A DNA stretch of 64,000 nucleotides from an uncultured Planctomycetota bacterium (GCA_963841915.1 CAWJEN010000005.1:576001-640000), one strand, 5' to 3'; numbered from the stretch's first letter, positions 23,262 through 33,492 are shown. Notes: generated from the letters alone by a model not told the origin. A program made the numbers and translations.

Positions 23262-24497
23262 GTGGACCCGATGGACCTGCTCTGGCTTACCGTTGCCGCC
23301 TTGCGGTGGTTTGCATTGGCGTTCGGCCTGCTCATGGTCGTGGCCACCGTGCTGTCAGAGACCGATCTGCCGCACTGGCCGGTTCGCATGTGGGACTTTC
23401 CACGCTCGCAGATCCTCGTGATCTGTTTCGGCATCGCGATCCTTTACCCGTTCCTCGCCTGGCACGGTGGCATGGGCTGGTTCGACTGGGCACTGCCTGT
23501 CGTGTTGCTCTTGTCAGCAGGCAGGCAGGCGATGTGGATCTGGCCGTACGTCGGGGCGGGCAAAAAAGACCTGCTCCGCAGCGACGAAGAGCCCGACGCC
23601 GACAGCGTCATCCGCGTCCTCATCAGCAACGTCCTGCAGCAGAATGAGGACTACGACCTGTGGCGAAGCGTGATCGAGCAGGAAGATTTCGATCTCATCG
23701 CCTGTGCCGAGACGAACGAGCGGTGGATTAAAGAGATTGGCAAGCTCCTCGACGCGTCCCACCCGCACCAGAAGTTCGTGCCGCAGGACAACATGTACGG
23801 CATGGCGGTCTGGAGCCGATTGGAACTCCAGGACGTGACCGTCGAGCGGATCGTGCAGGAAGACATTCCGAGTATGCACCTGACGGTCAAGCTCCCCAAC
23901 GGCCAGCCGATCCGGTTGCACGTGCTGCACCCGAGGCCACCCGCACCGCAAGAAGGCGACTCATCGGCTCCACGTGATGCCGAGCTGACGGTCATGGCCC
24001 GGCGAATCGAGCGGGCCTGCGACGAGGGCGGTGGGGGTGACGACGCACTGCCGACCATTGTCTGCGGCGACATGAACGACGTCGCCTGGAGCCGGACGAG
24101 TGACATCTTTCTCGCCATCAGCGGCCTGCTCGATCCACGTCGCGGCCGTGGATTGTTCAACACCTTCCACGCCGGCCACTGGTGGGTGCGGTTCCCGCTG
24201 GACCACTTCTTCGTCGACCGCCGGTTCAAGCTCGTCGAGATGCGGCGGCTCGACTACGTCGGCTCGGACCACTTTCCAGTCTACCTGGCCGTCTCGCTCG
24301 AGCCTGAAGCCGAGCAAGAGCAGCCACGGCACAAGGTCACGCAAGACGACCGCGAACAGGCGGGCGACCTTATCGAGCAGCAAAAGGACCGCGAGGCCGA
24401 CGGCGACGAAAACGGCCATCTTCGCAACGATGCAAGCCCTGAGGCACAGGCGGACGAGCAGCGAGAGGCCAAGAGCGATCCCGAGGGAGAACGATGA
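23262..24497 (+). CDS. Membrane-anchored endonuclease/exonuclease/phosphatase (YafD-like)
   Basis: N-terminal TMs; SNV, GDMNDVAWS, LDH, GSDHFPV. Confidence 0.88.
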   Translation: MDPMDLLWLTVAALRWFALAFGLLMVVATVLSETDLPHWPVRMWDFPRSQILVICFGIAILYPFLAWHGGMGWFDWALPVVLLLSAGRQAMWIWPYVGAGKKDLLRSDEEPDADSVIRVLISNVLQQNEDYDLWRSVIEQEDFDLIACAETNERWIKEIGKLLDASHPHQKFVPQDNMYGMAVWSRLELQDVTVERIVQEDIPSMHLTVKLPNGQPIRLHVLHPRPPAPQEGDSSAPRDAELTVMARRIERACDEGGGGDDALPTIVCGDMNDVAWSRTSDIFLAISGLLDPRRGRGLFNTFHAGHWWVRFPLDHFFVDRRFKLVEMRRLDYVGSDHFPVYLAVSLEPEAEQEQPRHKVTQDDREQAGDLIEQQKDREADGDENGHLRNDASPEAQADEQREAKSDPEGER

Positions 24498-25228
24498 TGT
24501 CGCCCAGGCAACTGGCGGCGTACAGCGTTCACGTGCTCACTGCGAGCGGGATCGTCTTCCTCTTTCTCGCCGCTGCGGAGTTGACGCGTGGCGACCCGCG
24601 GGCGTGGCTGATCTTCGTCTACTTCATCGCCGCGACCATCGTCGACGCCGTCGACGGCCCGCTGGCGCGGATGGTCGACATCAAGCACAGCGCTCCTGAT
24701 GTCGACGGACGCACGATCGACGACCTCGTCGACTACATCGGCTTCACGTTTTTGCCGCTGCTGATGATCTGGCGAATGGGCTGGGTGCCGGGCGGCACGG
24801 CGACGTGGGCGGGTGTGTGGGTTGCCATCCCGATGGTCGCGTCGCTGCTGGGCTTTGCCCACAAACACGCCAAAGACGAGGCTGCCGGCTTCTTCCGTGG
24901 GTTTCCGAGTTACTGGAACATCATCGCCCTCTACGCCGGTCTGTCGGCTGCTCTGCTCGGCGAAAGCGGGCTCTGGATCAACGCGATCGTGCTCCTGGGC
25001 CTTGCAGTCATGACGGTCTCACCCGTCTGGCTCGTCTACCCGAACCTCGCCCCGCGTCCCTGGAAGCTGGCGATCCTCGGCGGGTCGTACCTGTGGGCGT
25101 TGCTGCTGGTCGCGATGTTGCCGTGGTACCCGGGCAACGTGCCGGGCTGGCTCGTTGCCATCTCGCTGATCTACCCGGCGTTTTACCTCTGGCTCAGCCT
25201 TCACCTGCGACATCGCTGGCCCACGTGA
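24494..25228 (+). CDS. pcs: CDP-alcohol phosphatidyltransferase, phosphatidylcholine synthase-like
   Basis: VHVLTASG, DAVDGPLAR..DGRTIDDLVDY, FRGFPSYWNI. Confidence 0.82.
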   Translation: MMSPRQLAAYSVHVLTASGIVFLFLAAAELTRGDPRAWLIFVYFIAATIVDAVDGPLARMVDIKHSAPDVDGRTIDDLVDYIGFTFLPLLMIWRMGWVPGGTATWAGVWVAIPMVASLLGFAHKHAKDEAAGFFRGFPSYWNIIALYAGLSAALLGESGLWINAIVLLGLAVMTVSPVWLVYPNLAPRPWKLAILGGSYLWALLLVAMLPWYPGNVPGWLVAISLIYPAFYLWLSLHLRHRWPT

Positions 25229-25232
25229 GCGT

Positions 25233-26246
25233 TCAAGCGGCCACGCTGGTGGAGACGAGTCGCTGTTCTGCGTACTGCTTGGCCGCGCGGGCAAACGCCG
25301 GTCGGCGGGCGTCGGTGAAGGCAAGCGACAACGACACCGCATGAGCTGTTCGTACATCGCGGTACGCGACACGATCGAAGAACGGCCGTGCCGCTGCGTA
25401 ACCCTGCAGGGCGGCGTCGGCGAGATCGATCGGCGTCGTCACCCGCAGCATCACCTCGAATGCTGCGTGGTCGTAACCTGGGTCACCGGCGTGGGCCGAC
25501 TCCCAATCAATCGCTGCTACAAGGCGTGGCCCGCGACGGATGATCTGGGCCGGGTGGTAGTCGCCGTGACATAGCGAGCCGACGGCCAACTGCGGCGGCT
25601 CGAAGCGGAGCAGGTCGCCCAACCGTTCTGCCGCTTCGCCACGGAAGAGCCGGGTGTCGAGGGCGCGGTCGATCTGGCGGCCGTGCCACGATTGGACGGG
25701 GCTAGGGGCCACGCCACCGGCGCTGATGGCCTCGTCACCACCGGACGCCCGGAGGTCGTGGACGCGTGCCAGGAAACGACCCAGTTGTTCGTAGAGCGAG
25801 CGACGATTGGCGTGCGAGAGACCGCTGGTATCGCTGGCGGTGCGGCGACCCATGTCGTCGCAGACAAACCACGCCCGGCCGATCTGTCCACGCTCGCCTT
25901 CGCCGCAATGCACCCGCGGGGCCGGCAGGGCGGCATCGCGGAGCAGCTTGTAGACACCCGGCTCGCGGACGACGCTGCCGGACGTGCCGCTGCGTCGATT
26001 GTCGCCGGGCCGCCTGGCCATCTTCAGGATCCGCCGCCGACCGTCCGCCAGACGGACGCGGCAGACGATGTTCTGCTGGCTCGGCAGGTGGTCTATCGAG
26101 GCGACCTGCCCGAGGCACCTGGCGACGATCCGTCGAACGTCGTCAAGATCGGTCGAGCTGATGGCGTGGCGAGGCATAACGACGTTGGGATGCCCACCAG
26201 AGCCGGCGGGACGAGGATAGCGGCCGTGTGGGTGCAGGTACGTCAT
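25233..26246 (-). CDS. APH/choline kinase-like phosphotransferase
   Basis: CHGDYHPAQI and IDWE motifs. Confidence 0.82.
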   Translation of the reverse strand: MTYLHPHGRYPRPAGSGGHPNVVMPRHAISSTDLDDVRRIVARCLGQVASIDHLPSQQNIVCRVRLADGRRRILKMARRPGDNRRSGTSGSVVREPGVYKLLRDAALPAPRVHCGEGERGQIGRAWFVCDDMGRRTASDTSGLSHANRRSLYEQLGRFLARVHDLRASGGDEAISAGGVAPSPVQSWHGRQIDRALDTRLFRGEAAERLGDLLRFEPPQLAVGSLCHGDYHPAQIIRRGPRLVAAIDWESAHAGDPGYDHAAFEVMLRVTTPIDLADAALQGYAAARPFFDRVAYRDVRTAHAVSLSLAFTDARRPAFARAAKQYAEQRLVSTSVAA

Positions 26247-26324
26247 CGGCCGAGTGCTCCAACGGGAGGATCGGCAAATTCCAACCTCAGCTTGAGATCG
26301 CAGCCACTTCGGGCATGAGACTCG

Positions 26325-27044
26325 TCAGACTGCGACACTGCCCGGCTGCTGTGTTTCCTGCACGCCGCCGACGAAGGATCGCATCTTGTACAGGAACAGA
26401 ATGGACAAGACACTCGAGCCCACGTCGAAGATTGACGAGATGAAGAACCCGGACCGTGAGTCCATCATTACCTCGATGATGGTCCCGATGACACTGACAA
26501 TGACGCTGAGAATGAACAGCGTGTAGGCCGACTGACCACGGTTGAAATCGCCGGTCACGTTGCCGGCTCCGGTGATCTGCCACAGGTCACGCAGCACGCG
26601 GCCGATGACGACGAGGTTGAGCAGCGGAATGAACCACCAGCCGACGCTCCAACCGGGCGAGTATCTGGGTTCGAGGCCTGCCGAACGTGCATTCGCGTTG
26701 GCCCGATACTGCCACATCATGTAGTAGACGATGGCCAGGATCTGGATGACCAGAATGATGACCAGAATGACGATTCCGAAGATTGCACCAGCGCATCCGA
26801 CCACCATGATCGACGGATTGACCGTGTTAGACCCCGGCTCAAACCACTGGCCAAAGTAGTTGGGTGCAAATAGTGCGGCGACGATGGCGACAGAGCCAAA
26901 GATCAGCGTCACGATGGAGAAGATCGCGTAAAGACCGAGGTACTTAATCGCTTTCGTCGCCCGTTCCGAGTTGTCGAGAAAGGTGGGCTGGTCGCGTTTG
27001 GCATAACCGAGCGGCTCGACGGGCGTGGCCTGTGGGTCACTCAT
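26325..27044 (-). CDS. DUF4328-like membrane protein
   Basis: WQYRANANA..YSPGWSVGWWFIPLLNL. Confidence 0.8.
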   Translation of the reverse strand: MSDPQATPVEPLGYAKRDQPTFLDNSERATKAIKYLGLYAIFSIVTLIFGSVAIVAALFAPNYFGQWFEPGSNTVNPSIMVVGCAGAIFGIVILVIILVIQILAIVYYMMWQYRANANARSAGLEPRYSPGWSVGWWFIPLLNLVVIGRVLRDLWQITGAGNVTGDFNRGQSAYTLFILSVIVSVIGTIIEVMMDSRSGFFISSIFDVGSSVLSILFLYKMRSFVGGVQETQQPGSVAV

Positions 27045-27123
27045 ATCGGCGAGTTTGCTCGTTGGTGGACTGCGTTGCAAGCCGAAGATGCGACTCCCGG
27101 GCGGCCGTCGCATAGAAGTGGTC

Positions 27124-27801
27124 GTGAAGCGACAAACCCTTATTGTCTGTATCGGGCTGGCCATCGGGCTGACGTTCATGTTCTCCCACGCCTTTGCAGC
27201 CGAGGGCAAGGCGGTCCTGCCGCCGAAGCCGACGGAGCTTGTCGACCCGTTCGCCGGTGAAGATTCGGCCACCGTCGTGCTGGCAGGTGGGTGCTTCTGG
27301 TGCACGGAACTGGCGATGGAGCAACTCAAGGGCGTCACCGACGTCGTCAGCGGCTACGCCGGCGACACGAAGGAGCAAGCGACGTACGAACTCGTCGCCA
27401 ACGGCCGCACCGATCATGCCGAGGTCATTCAGGTCACCTACGACCCCCGGCAGATCACGCTCGGCGAGCTGTACCGCGCGTTCTTCCTCGTTCACAACCC
27501 AACACAGCTCAACGGCCAAGGCCCCGACATCGGCCGCCAATACCGCTCGGCAGTCTTCTACGCCAGCGACGCCGAAAAGCAGGCCGCACAGACGTACATC
27601 GCCCAGCTCAACGACAGCGACCTGTACGACAAGCCGATCGTGACGACCGTCGAGCCCATCGGCGACGGCTTCTTCGCCGCCGAGGACTACCACCAGGACT
27701 ACGTCGAAAAGAACCCAGAGAACCCGTACGTTATGATGTACGCGTTCCCGAAGGTCGAGAAGCTCAAGCAGTACCTGCCCGACCTGCTCAAGAGCGAGTG
27801 A
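27124..27801 (+). CDS. msrA: Peptide-methionine (S)-S-oxide reductase with signal peptide
   Basis: GGCFWCTE, DIGRQYRS, AEDYHQDY; N-terminal hydrophobic stretch ending AFA. Confidence 0.95.
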   Translation: MKRQTLIVCIGLAIGLTFMFSHAFAAEGKAVLPPKPTELVDPFAGEDSATVVLAGGCFWCTELAMEQLKGVTDVVSGYAGDTKEQATYELVANGRTDHAEVIQVTYDPRQITLGELYRAFFLVHNPTQLNGQGPDIGRQYRSAVFYASDAEKQAAQTYIAQLNDSDLYDKPIVTTVEPIGDGFFAAEDYHQDYVEKNPENPYVMMYAFPKVEKLKQYLPDLLKSE

Positions 27802-27822
27802 GCCCGCGGGCCAGACTGCCGT

Positions 27823-28848
27823 CTACAACCGCACGAGGGCGCTGCCCCACGTCAATCCCGCGCCGACCGCCAGGAACAGGACGAGGTCACCCTTGGTCGC
27901 TCGGCCGGCTTTGAGGGCTTCGTCGAGGGCGATCGGCACGCTGGCGGCGCTGGTGTTGCCGTACTTGTCGATGTTGATGACCGCCTTGTCGCGGTCGAGG
28001 CCCAGACGGCTCAGGGCACTGTCGATGATGCGCAGGTTGCTCTGGTGCGGGACGACGAGCTTGATCTGCTCGGCGGTGTAGCCGGTCTGCCGCATCACGC
28101 GGTCGACGAGCTCGTTGAGCCGCGTGACGGCGAATTTGAAGACCTCGCGGCCACGCATCTGCAGGTGATGCTGGCCGCTGGCGACCATCTTTTCGTTGAT
28201 CGGGTGGCGACTTCCGACGGGGCAGTTGATGAGCTCCCACCCGCCACCGTCGGCGTGGAGCTCGCTGAAAAGCAGGCCACGCTCGTTGTCTTCGCTTGCG
28301 CTGAGCACCGCCGCCCCGGCGCCGTCGCCCCAGAGGATGCAGCTCGTCCGGTCGCCGTAGTCGGTCACGCTGCTGAGCTTGTCGGCCCCGACGAGCAGGA
28401 CATTCCTGTACCGGCCGCTTTCGATGAGGGCGCTGCCGAACTGCAACCCGTAGACAAACCCGCTGCAGGCGGCGTTGAGGTCGACGGCGGGCGTGCGGTC
28501 GAGACCCAGCGAGTGGGCCACAAAGCACGCAGCGGCAGGCGTCATCATGTCGGGCGTGATCGTCGCCACGAGGATCAGGTCCAGGTCCTTAGCCTCGAGG
28601 TGCGCGTCCTTCAGCGCCCGCGTCGCCGCCCGGCTGGCCAGCACGCTTGTCGGCTCGTCGGGGCCTGCGACGCGACGCTCCTTGATGCCGGTCCGCTGGA
28701 TGATCCACTCGTCGGTCGTGTCGACAAGCTTGGCCAGATCCTCGTTCGTCATCCGCTTCTCGGGCAGGTAACTACCCGTGCCGGCAATCACGGCACGATG
28801 GAGCGGGATGTGCTGACGGACTTCTCTCGGCTCAAGCGTCTCGGACAT
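27823..28848 (-). CDS. fabH: 3-oxoacyl-ACP synthase III
   Basis: AACSGF, GDGAGA, PHQSN, YGNTSAAS. Confidence 0.95.
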   Translation of the reverse strand: MSETLEPREVRQHIPLHRAVIAGTGSYLPEKRMTNEDLAKLVDTTDEWIIQRTGIKERRVAGPDEPTSVLASRAATRALKDAHLEAKDLDLILVATITPDMMTPAAACFVAHSLGLDRTPAVDLNAACSGFVYGLQFGSALIESGRYRNVLLVGADKLSSVTDYGDRTSCILWGDGAGAAVLSASEDNERGLLFSELHADGGGWELINCPVGSRHPINEKMVASGQHHLQMRGREVFKFAVTRLNELVDRVMRQTGYTAEQIKLVVPHQSNLRIIDSALSRLGLDRDKAVINIDKYGNTSAASVPIALDEALKAGRATKGDLVLFLAVGAGLTWGSALVRL

Positions 28849-28865
28849 GGGCGGCAACGGTAGGA

Positions 28866-28881
28866 CGTTCCACGTGGAACC
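28866..28881. other. parS-like site
   Basis: CGTTCCACGTGGAACC between plsX and fabH. Confidence 0.75.
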
Positions 28882-28908
28882 TGCAGCGCCCTGCCAGGTA
28901 CCACCACC

Positions 28909-29946
28909 TCAGGTAGCGTCGGCATCGCTTTGGGCGACGTGGTTGATGATCTTCGTGTTCACGTCACTGGCGACCAGCTCGCGACCGGCCCGAAGGGCGT
29001 TCTGGATCGTCCGGGCGTCGCTGGCGCCGTGGGCGATGAGCGTGTAGCCGTTGACGCCCAGCAGCGGGGCACCGCCGTATTCCTGCCAGTCGTGGCGACG
29101 CTTGATCTTGCCCAGCACCTGCTTGAACGGGTCGACAAGCTGCGGCGCACTCTCTGCCAGCTCGAAGAGCATCGTGCGGAACAAGCCCTCGAAGAGCCCT
29201 TCGAAGCTTTTGAGCATGACGTTGCCGACGAAGCCGTCGCAGACGACGACGTCGACGACGCCCTTGAAGAAGTCACGACCTTCGAGGTTGCCGACGAAGT
29301 TGATCTGACCTTCAGCCCGGAGCAGTTTGTGCGACTCCTTCGTGACATCGTTGCCCTTGGCCGCCTCTTCGCCGACGCTGATGAGGCCGACGCGGGGCAG
29401 TTCGACGCCGCAAACGGCTCGGGCGTAGGCCGCTGCCATGATGGCGTAATGCAACAGGTGGTGCGGCTGCGGGTCGACATTTGCCCCGGCGTCGCACAGA
29501 ACGACAGGCCCGTGAAACGTCGGAATAACGACCGCAATGCCAGGCCGACTCACGCCCGGCAGCGTCCGCATGCGAAGCTGACTCGCCGCCACGCACGCGC
29601 CCGTGTTGCCGGCCGAGATGAAGACGTCGGCCTCCTTGTCGGCGACCAGCTTGGCGGCAATGCCGATCGAGCTCTTCTTTTTCTTACGAATCGCCTCGAC
29701 CGGTGACTCGTCCATCGCGATGACCTCCTCGGCGTGGACGATCTCGAACTGGCTGCGTTTGTCGCCCAGGTCTGCCGCGTCGAGGGCCGGCCGGATGACC
29801 GCCTCGTCGCCGACAAGTAGAATCCGCTCCCCCTCTGCCATCTCACCGACCGAGGCGAAGCAGCCTTCCAAAATGGCATCCGGGGCCTTGTCGCCGCCCA
29901 TCACATCGACGGCGGCAGTCATCGCAGGTCGCTTCTCATCTGGCAT
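28909..29946 (-). CDS. plsX: Phosphate acyltransferase PlsX
   Basis: DVMGGDKAP, SAGNTGA, DGFVGNV, YGGAPLLGVNG..IAHGAS. Confidence 0.95.
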   Translation of the reverse strand: MPDEKRPAMTAAVDVMGGDKAPDAILEGCFASVGEMAEGERILLVGDEAVIRPALDAADLGDKRSQFEIVHAEEVIAMDESPVEAIRKKKKSSIGIAAKLVADKEADVFISAGNTGACVAASQLRMRTLPGVSRPGIAVVIPTFHGPVVLCDAGANVDPQPHHLLHYAIMAAAYARAVCGVELPRVGLISVGEEAAKGNDVTKESHKLLRAEGQINFVGNLEGRDFFKGVVDVVVCDGFVGNVMLKSFEGLFEGLFRTMLFELAESAPQLVDPFKQVLGKIKRRHDWQEYGGAPLLGVNGYTLIAHGASDARTIQNALRAGRELVASDVNTKIINHVAQSDADAT

Positions 29947-29990
29947 GGCCGCAGCATATCCCCGGCTGATGTCGACCGCCCGACATGCGC

Positions 29991-30284
29991 TGCGCCGCGG
30001 CGGCCAAATGGACGGTGGCGACGTCGCCTGAGCCCCAAATGTTCCACGTGGAACATTCCAAACCCTCGCCACGCTCCGCCAGCCGGGTCGGCGACGTCGG
30101 CCGAGGTGCAACCTGTTCCACGTGGAACACGAAAGCACGCCGCAAGTGCGTCGGCGGGTCGTCCGCCATCCGGAAAAGTACGTATCGGCCGATGCAGATT
30201 TTCGTCGCCGATTCGTCACACATCGGACGCTGCCAGAGGCGGTCCATCCGCCGCCGGCGCTGCGCCGCGGCGGCCGCCGTTGGC
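29991..30284 (+). repeat. ~290-bp repeated module carrying two parS-like sites (copy 1)
   Basis: Shares ordered blocks with 59105-59385; TGTTCCACGTGGAACA at 30040-30055 and 30114-30129. Confidence 0.8.
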
Positions 30285-30419
30285 CTCGGCACCGCACTCC
30301 GGACACATTGTCCCGCCGCCCCGCAGGTCGTAGCCGCAGGTGAGACACAAGCCGCCGGCTCGTCGCCGACTCCGCCTGCGTCGCCGCACCCATCGCATGA
30401 GGTCCCATGCTAACGACAA
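30216..30419 (-). pseudogene. Remnant of a CxxCGYDLR...CPECG zinc-ribbon protein
   Basis: RRRSRRRAGGLCLTCGYDLRGGGTMCPECG; no long N-terminal part, an inverted repeat lies just upstream. Confidence 0.6.
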
Positions 30420-30435
30420 CCGTCGCGTGCGAACG

Positions 30436-30657
30436 CCAGAGCCGCGGTCCCACGGACCGCCGGTCTGACGAACATCGCCGCGAAGGCGGGCGTGTCCTCC
30501 AGGCGGGGCGTGCTGATTGTCGAGATGGGGACGGTGTGCGGGACGCTGCGGTCTTGGTGCGGTTCGCTTCGTTGTAATTGGGGTGGGTTAACGGGAAGAC
30601 ATGTGCCGGGTGCTATTTAAATCGTCAGACCGGCGGTCCGTGGGACCGCGGCTCTGG
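30436..30657. repeat. 36-bp perfect inverted-repeat pair (REPIN/MITE-like, CGTC-tagged)
   Basis: 30436-30471 is the exact reverse complement of 30622-30657 (TCGTCAGACCGGCGGTCCGTGGGACCGCGGCTCTGG). Confidence 0.88.
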
Positions 30658-30705
30658 GGGCACTGCAAGAAGACATCATTGCTGTTGCTCGTATGGGGTG
30701 ACGCC

Positions 30706-31464
30706 TCACGTCATCTGCTCGACGCGGAGCCAGTCGGTCGCCATCAGCGTCGTCCTGGCCTGCTGCCACCAGCGGCGGCCGAAGTAGATCACGCGGATCT
30801 CCAGGCTCAACTTCCCGTTGTCCTTGCCCGGTGGCGGCTCGATCCGCACGCCACCGACCCTGGCCCTGCCGACGCTGCGGATGAGCGTCTCGAACCGTTC
30901 TGCGACGTCTGCCGACCGCTCGACCGTGACGCGGATGCGTCGGCGGTGCCAGCGGGGCAGGCGATTTTCGATGACGTTCAGCATCGTCAGCGTCGTGAGC
31001 AACCCGAGCGTCGCCCCGACGGCCAGGACGTACTGCCCGAGCCCGGCTGCCAGGCCGATGGCGGCCGTCGCCCACACACCCGCCGCCGTCGTGAGCCCGT
31101 GGATTCGGCTGCCGCGACGCAGGATCGCCCCGGCCCCCAGGAACCCGACGCCCGTCATGACGCCATAGGCGATGCGGCCGGGGTCGACGCTGACGACAAT
31201 CGACGCGTCAGACCCCGCCGCCGCCTGCCACGGAACGTTGACCATGGCGACCGAGACGGCCATGACGAGCGCACTGCCGCCGCACACGAGGATGTGCGTC
31301 CGCATGCCCGCCGGGTGACCGCTGACTTCTCGCTCGACACCGACAAGTCCGCCGAGCAAGCCGGCCAGGACGAGCTTGGCCAACGAAGCGCCCGTCACGC
31401 CGAGCGACCCGGCGGCGTCGGTCGCGCCTGCCTGCAACACGTCCAAGATCGGCCCAGGCTCCAT
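30706..31464 (-). CDS. MgtC/SapB family membrane protein
   Basis: GVERE..PAGMRTH, DPGRIAYGVMTGVGFLGAG, GLTTAAGVW. Confidence 0.92.
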   Translation of the reverse strand: MEPGPILDVLQAGATDAAGSLGVTGASLAKLVLAGLLGGLVGVEREVSGHPAGMRTHILVCGGSALVMAVSVAMVNVPWQAAAGSDASIVVSVDPGRIAYGVMTGVGFLGAGAILRRGSRIHGLTTAAGVWATAAIGLAAGLGQYVLAVGATLGLLTTLTMLNVIENRLPRWHRRRIRVTVERSADVAERFETLIRSVGRARVGGVRIEPPPGKDNGKLSLEIRVIYFGRRWWQQARTTLMATDWLRVEQMT

Positions 31465-31495
31465 GGGGCAACCGTACCCGAAACGCCTGCGTCTG

Positions 31496-32294
31496 TTAAG
31501 CAACCACCAACCGTGCGGCCCCGCGGGCGGCATGGAAGTCGTCGTCGCCGAAGCCCAAGGTCCAGCCATCTCTGGCGAGGTTCGTCAGACGATGGTTCGT
31601 CGCGTCAAGCAGGCCCTGCCGTAGATGCACGAGCCGCCGACCAACGCCGCCCAGCAGGGCGATGTGGTGTGGCCGATAGAGCGCGTGGGCGATACGGAGC
31701 AGCCGAACCAGCGCCCGCACCGCGTCGTCGCTCATGTCAAGCTGCGTCGGATCGGCGATGCGGCCGAGATACGCCTCGACACCGCCCGCACCGCCGTCCG
31801 GGCCGATCGGCGGATCTTCGTCGAGCGACACGTCGAGCTGCCCCAGGTGTCCCGGCGAGTCACCGTCGACGGTGCAGGATCTGGCCCAGCGGGTGGTCGT
31901 CGCTCACGTCCAGCACGCACCCGCCGACACCGGTGCCGATGCTGACCGCCAGCAGCCGCCCGCGCAGTTGCCGCGTCGCCGCCACATCGACGGCGGCGGC
32001 GACCTGATCGGTCGTCACACCGTCGACCGCCCACAAGTCGTGCAGCGGCACACCAACAAGCCCCGGCAGATTCACCGCTGCAACGAGGTGCGACTTGTCC
32101 CCGGCCAACACCCCGGGCACCGCCATCGCAGATCGATCCGCCACCCAACCGACCGTCACGGCCTCGATCGCCGCCCGCACCGTCGCAGCATCCGGCAGCG
32201 TGTAGGCGAAGCTGGACCGCGTCGTAAACGTCTTTCCGTCCCAGCAGGCGGCCTTAACGCCCGACCCGCCGATGTCGAGGCCGATGGTGAGCAC
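31496..32294 (-). pseudogene. ROK family kinase, frameshifted near 31875 (possible sequencing error)
   Basis: IGLDIGGS and SIGTGVGG in one frame; PGHLGQ..LLGGVG..ARGAAR in another; removing one base joins them. Confidence 0.78.
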
Positions 32295-32346
32295 GGCGAG
32301 CTTACGCTCATGGCCTGCGGTCCGCATGAAAGATCGTGGCGACCAC

Positions 32347-33492
32347 TCACGCCGCGCGGTCGCTTCGCCAGGCTTGCAGGAGTGGGCGGGCGATGGTGCG
32401 GGGGTGGGACAGGACCATCTTCAGGCCGCTTCGCCAATAGGCGGTGTTTGCGGGGGCAAGCCTTTGGGTTTCGGACGGCGGGGGCGGGCACAAGGACCAG
32501 CCGCGGACGGCGGGTGGGGCCGACGGGCAAAGGTCGACGGCGCGGAGGACGTGCAGCTTCGGGAAGTTGACGCCCGCCGCCACGCTGCCGTCGACGCTGG
32601 CCCAGTAGCGGCCGTTGACCTCAATGATTTTGGGGCTGCCGTCCCGCGCGTCGTGCCGAAGGTCGACGTGGGCCACGCCGTGCCATCTCAATGCCTTCAT
32701 CAGACGTCGCGTCGCGTCGACGACGCCATCGTCGCGGACGAACTGGATCAACGAGGGCGGCCCATACGCGTACCGCGACAGGCGTGTCCGCTGAACGGTC
32801 TGGGCGACGATTTCGCCGCGATCGCAGAGCACGCTGCAGTCGATGTCGTAGCCGGGCACGAGGTCCTGAGCCAGCATGGTCGACCAGTCGACGTCGCCGC
32901 CCTTGCGGGCAAGCTCGGCCTCGCCACGGACAGCGAAGATGCCGCCACCGGCAAAGCCTTGCTTCGGCTTGACGAGGAACGGATAGGCGAGCGTGCCGTC
33001 GGCGAGGGCTTGCTGAGGCGTTGTGTCAGCCAGGTCGACCGTGGTCGGCATCGGCAGGGCGTGGTCGGTCAGGAACCGGCCGAACGCCCCCTTGTCGCTG
33101 ATCGTCGCCTGGGCCTGCGTCGGTGGGACAGCGGCCAGCGTGCAGCCGACGGCCTCGAGTCGCGGCTCCAACTCATCGCGGTAACCGCTCATCGCAGCCA
33201 CGGTGCCGGTCGACGTGGCGACAAGCACTCTGGCCTGAACCTGCTGTGCAAGACTGACGATGCCGTTGCGGAAGGCGGCGGTGTGCGGTTCGTGCGGGAC
33301 GACGTGCGGACGGATCGTCTCGTTGTCGTCGAAGCTCGGTTCCGGGCGTTCGCATGCGATGTGCACGTCGAGCCCCGGCACCTGGACCAGTGCCCGGGCG
33401 ACGTGGTGCGTGTTGGGCCAGTTGCCGTCGAGCAGCAGGACAGGAATGTTCGATGAAGGATTGATGCCCCGCACGCAACCTCTATCGGCCAT
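32347..33492 (-). CDS. ATP-grasp domain protein
   Basis: YPFLVKP..GGGI, QDLVPG, IIEVNGRYW. Confidence 0.85.
   Translation of the reverse strand: MADRGCVRGINPSSNIPVLLLDGNWPNTHHVARALVQVPGLDVHIACERPEPSFDDNETIRPHVVPHEPHTAAFRNGIVSLAQQVQARVLVATSTGTVAAMSGYRDELEPRLEAVGCTLAAVPPTQAQATISDKGAFGRFLTDHALPMPTTVDLADTTPQQALADGTLAYPFLVKPKQGFAGGGIFAVRGEAELARKGGDVDWSTMLAQDLVPGYDIDCSVLCDRGEIVAQTVQRTRLSRYAYGPPSLIQFVRDDGVVDATRRLMKALRWHGVAHVDLRHDARDGSPKIIEVNGRYWASVDGSVAAGVNFPKLHVLRAVDLCPSAPPAVRGWSLCPPPPSETQRLAPANTAYWRSGLKMVLSHPRTIARPLLQAWRSDRAA

Noticed and set aside
29947..30453. Long N-terminal extension of PlsX in the ORF track
   Set aside because: It runs through the parS module; PlsX homology starts near 29946
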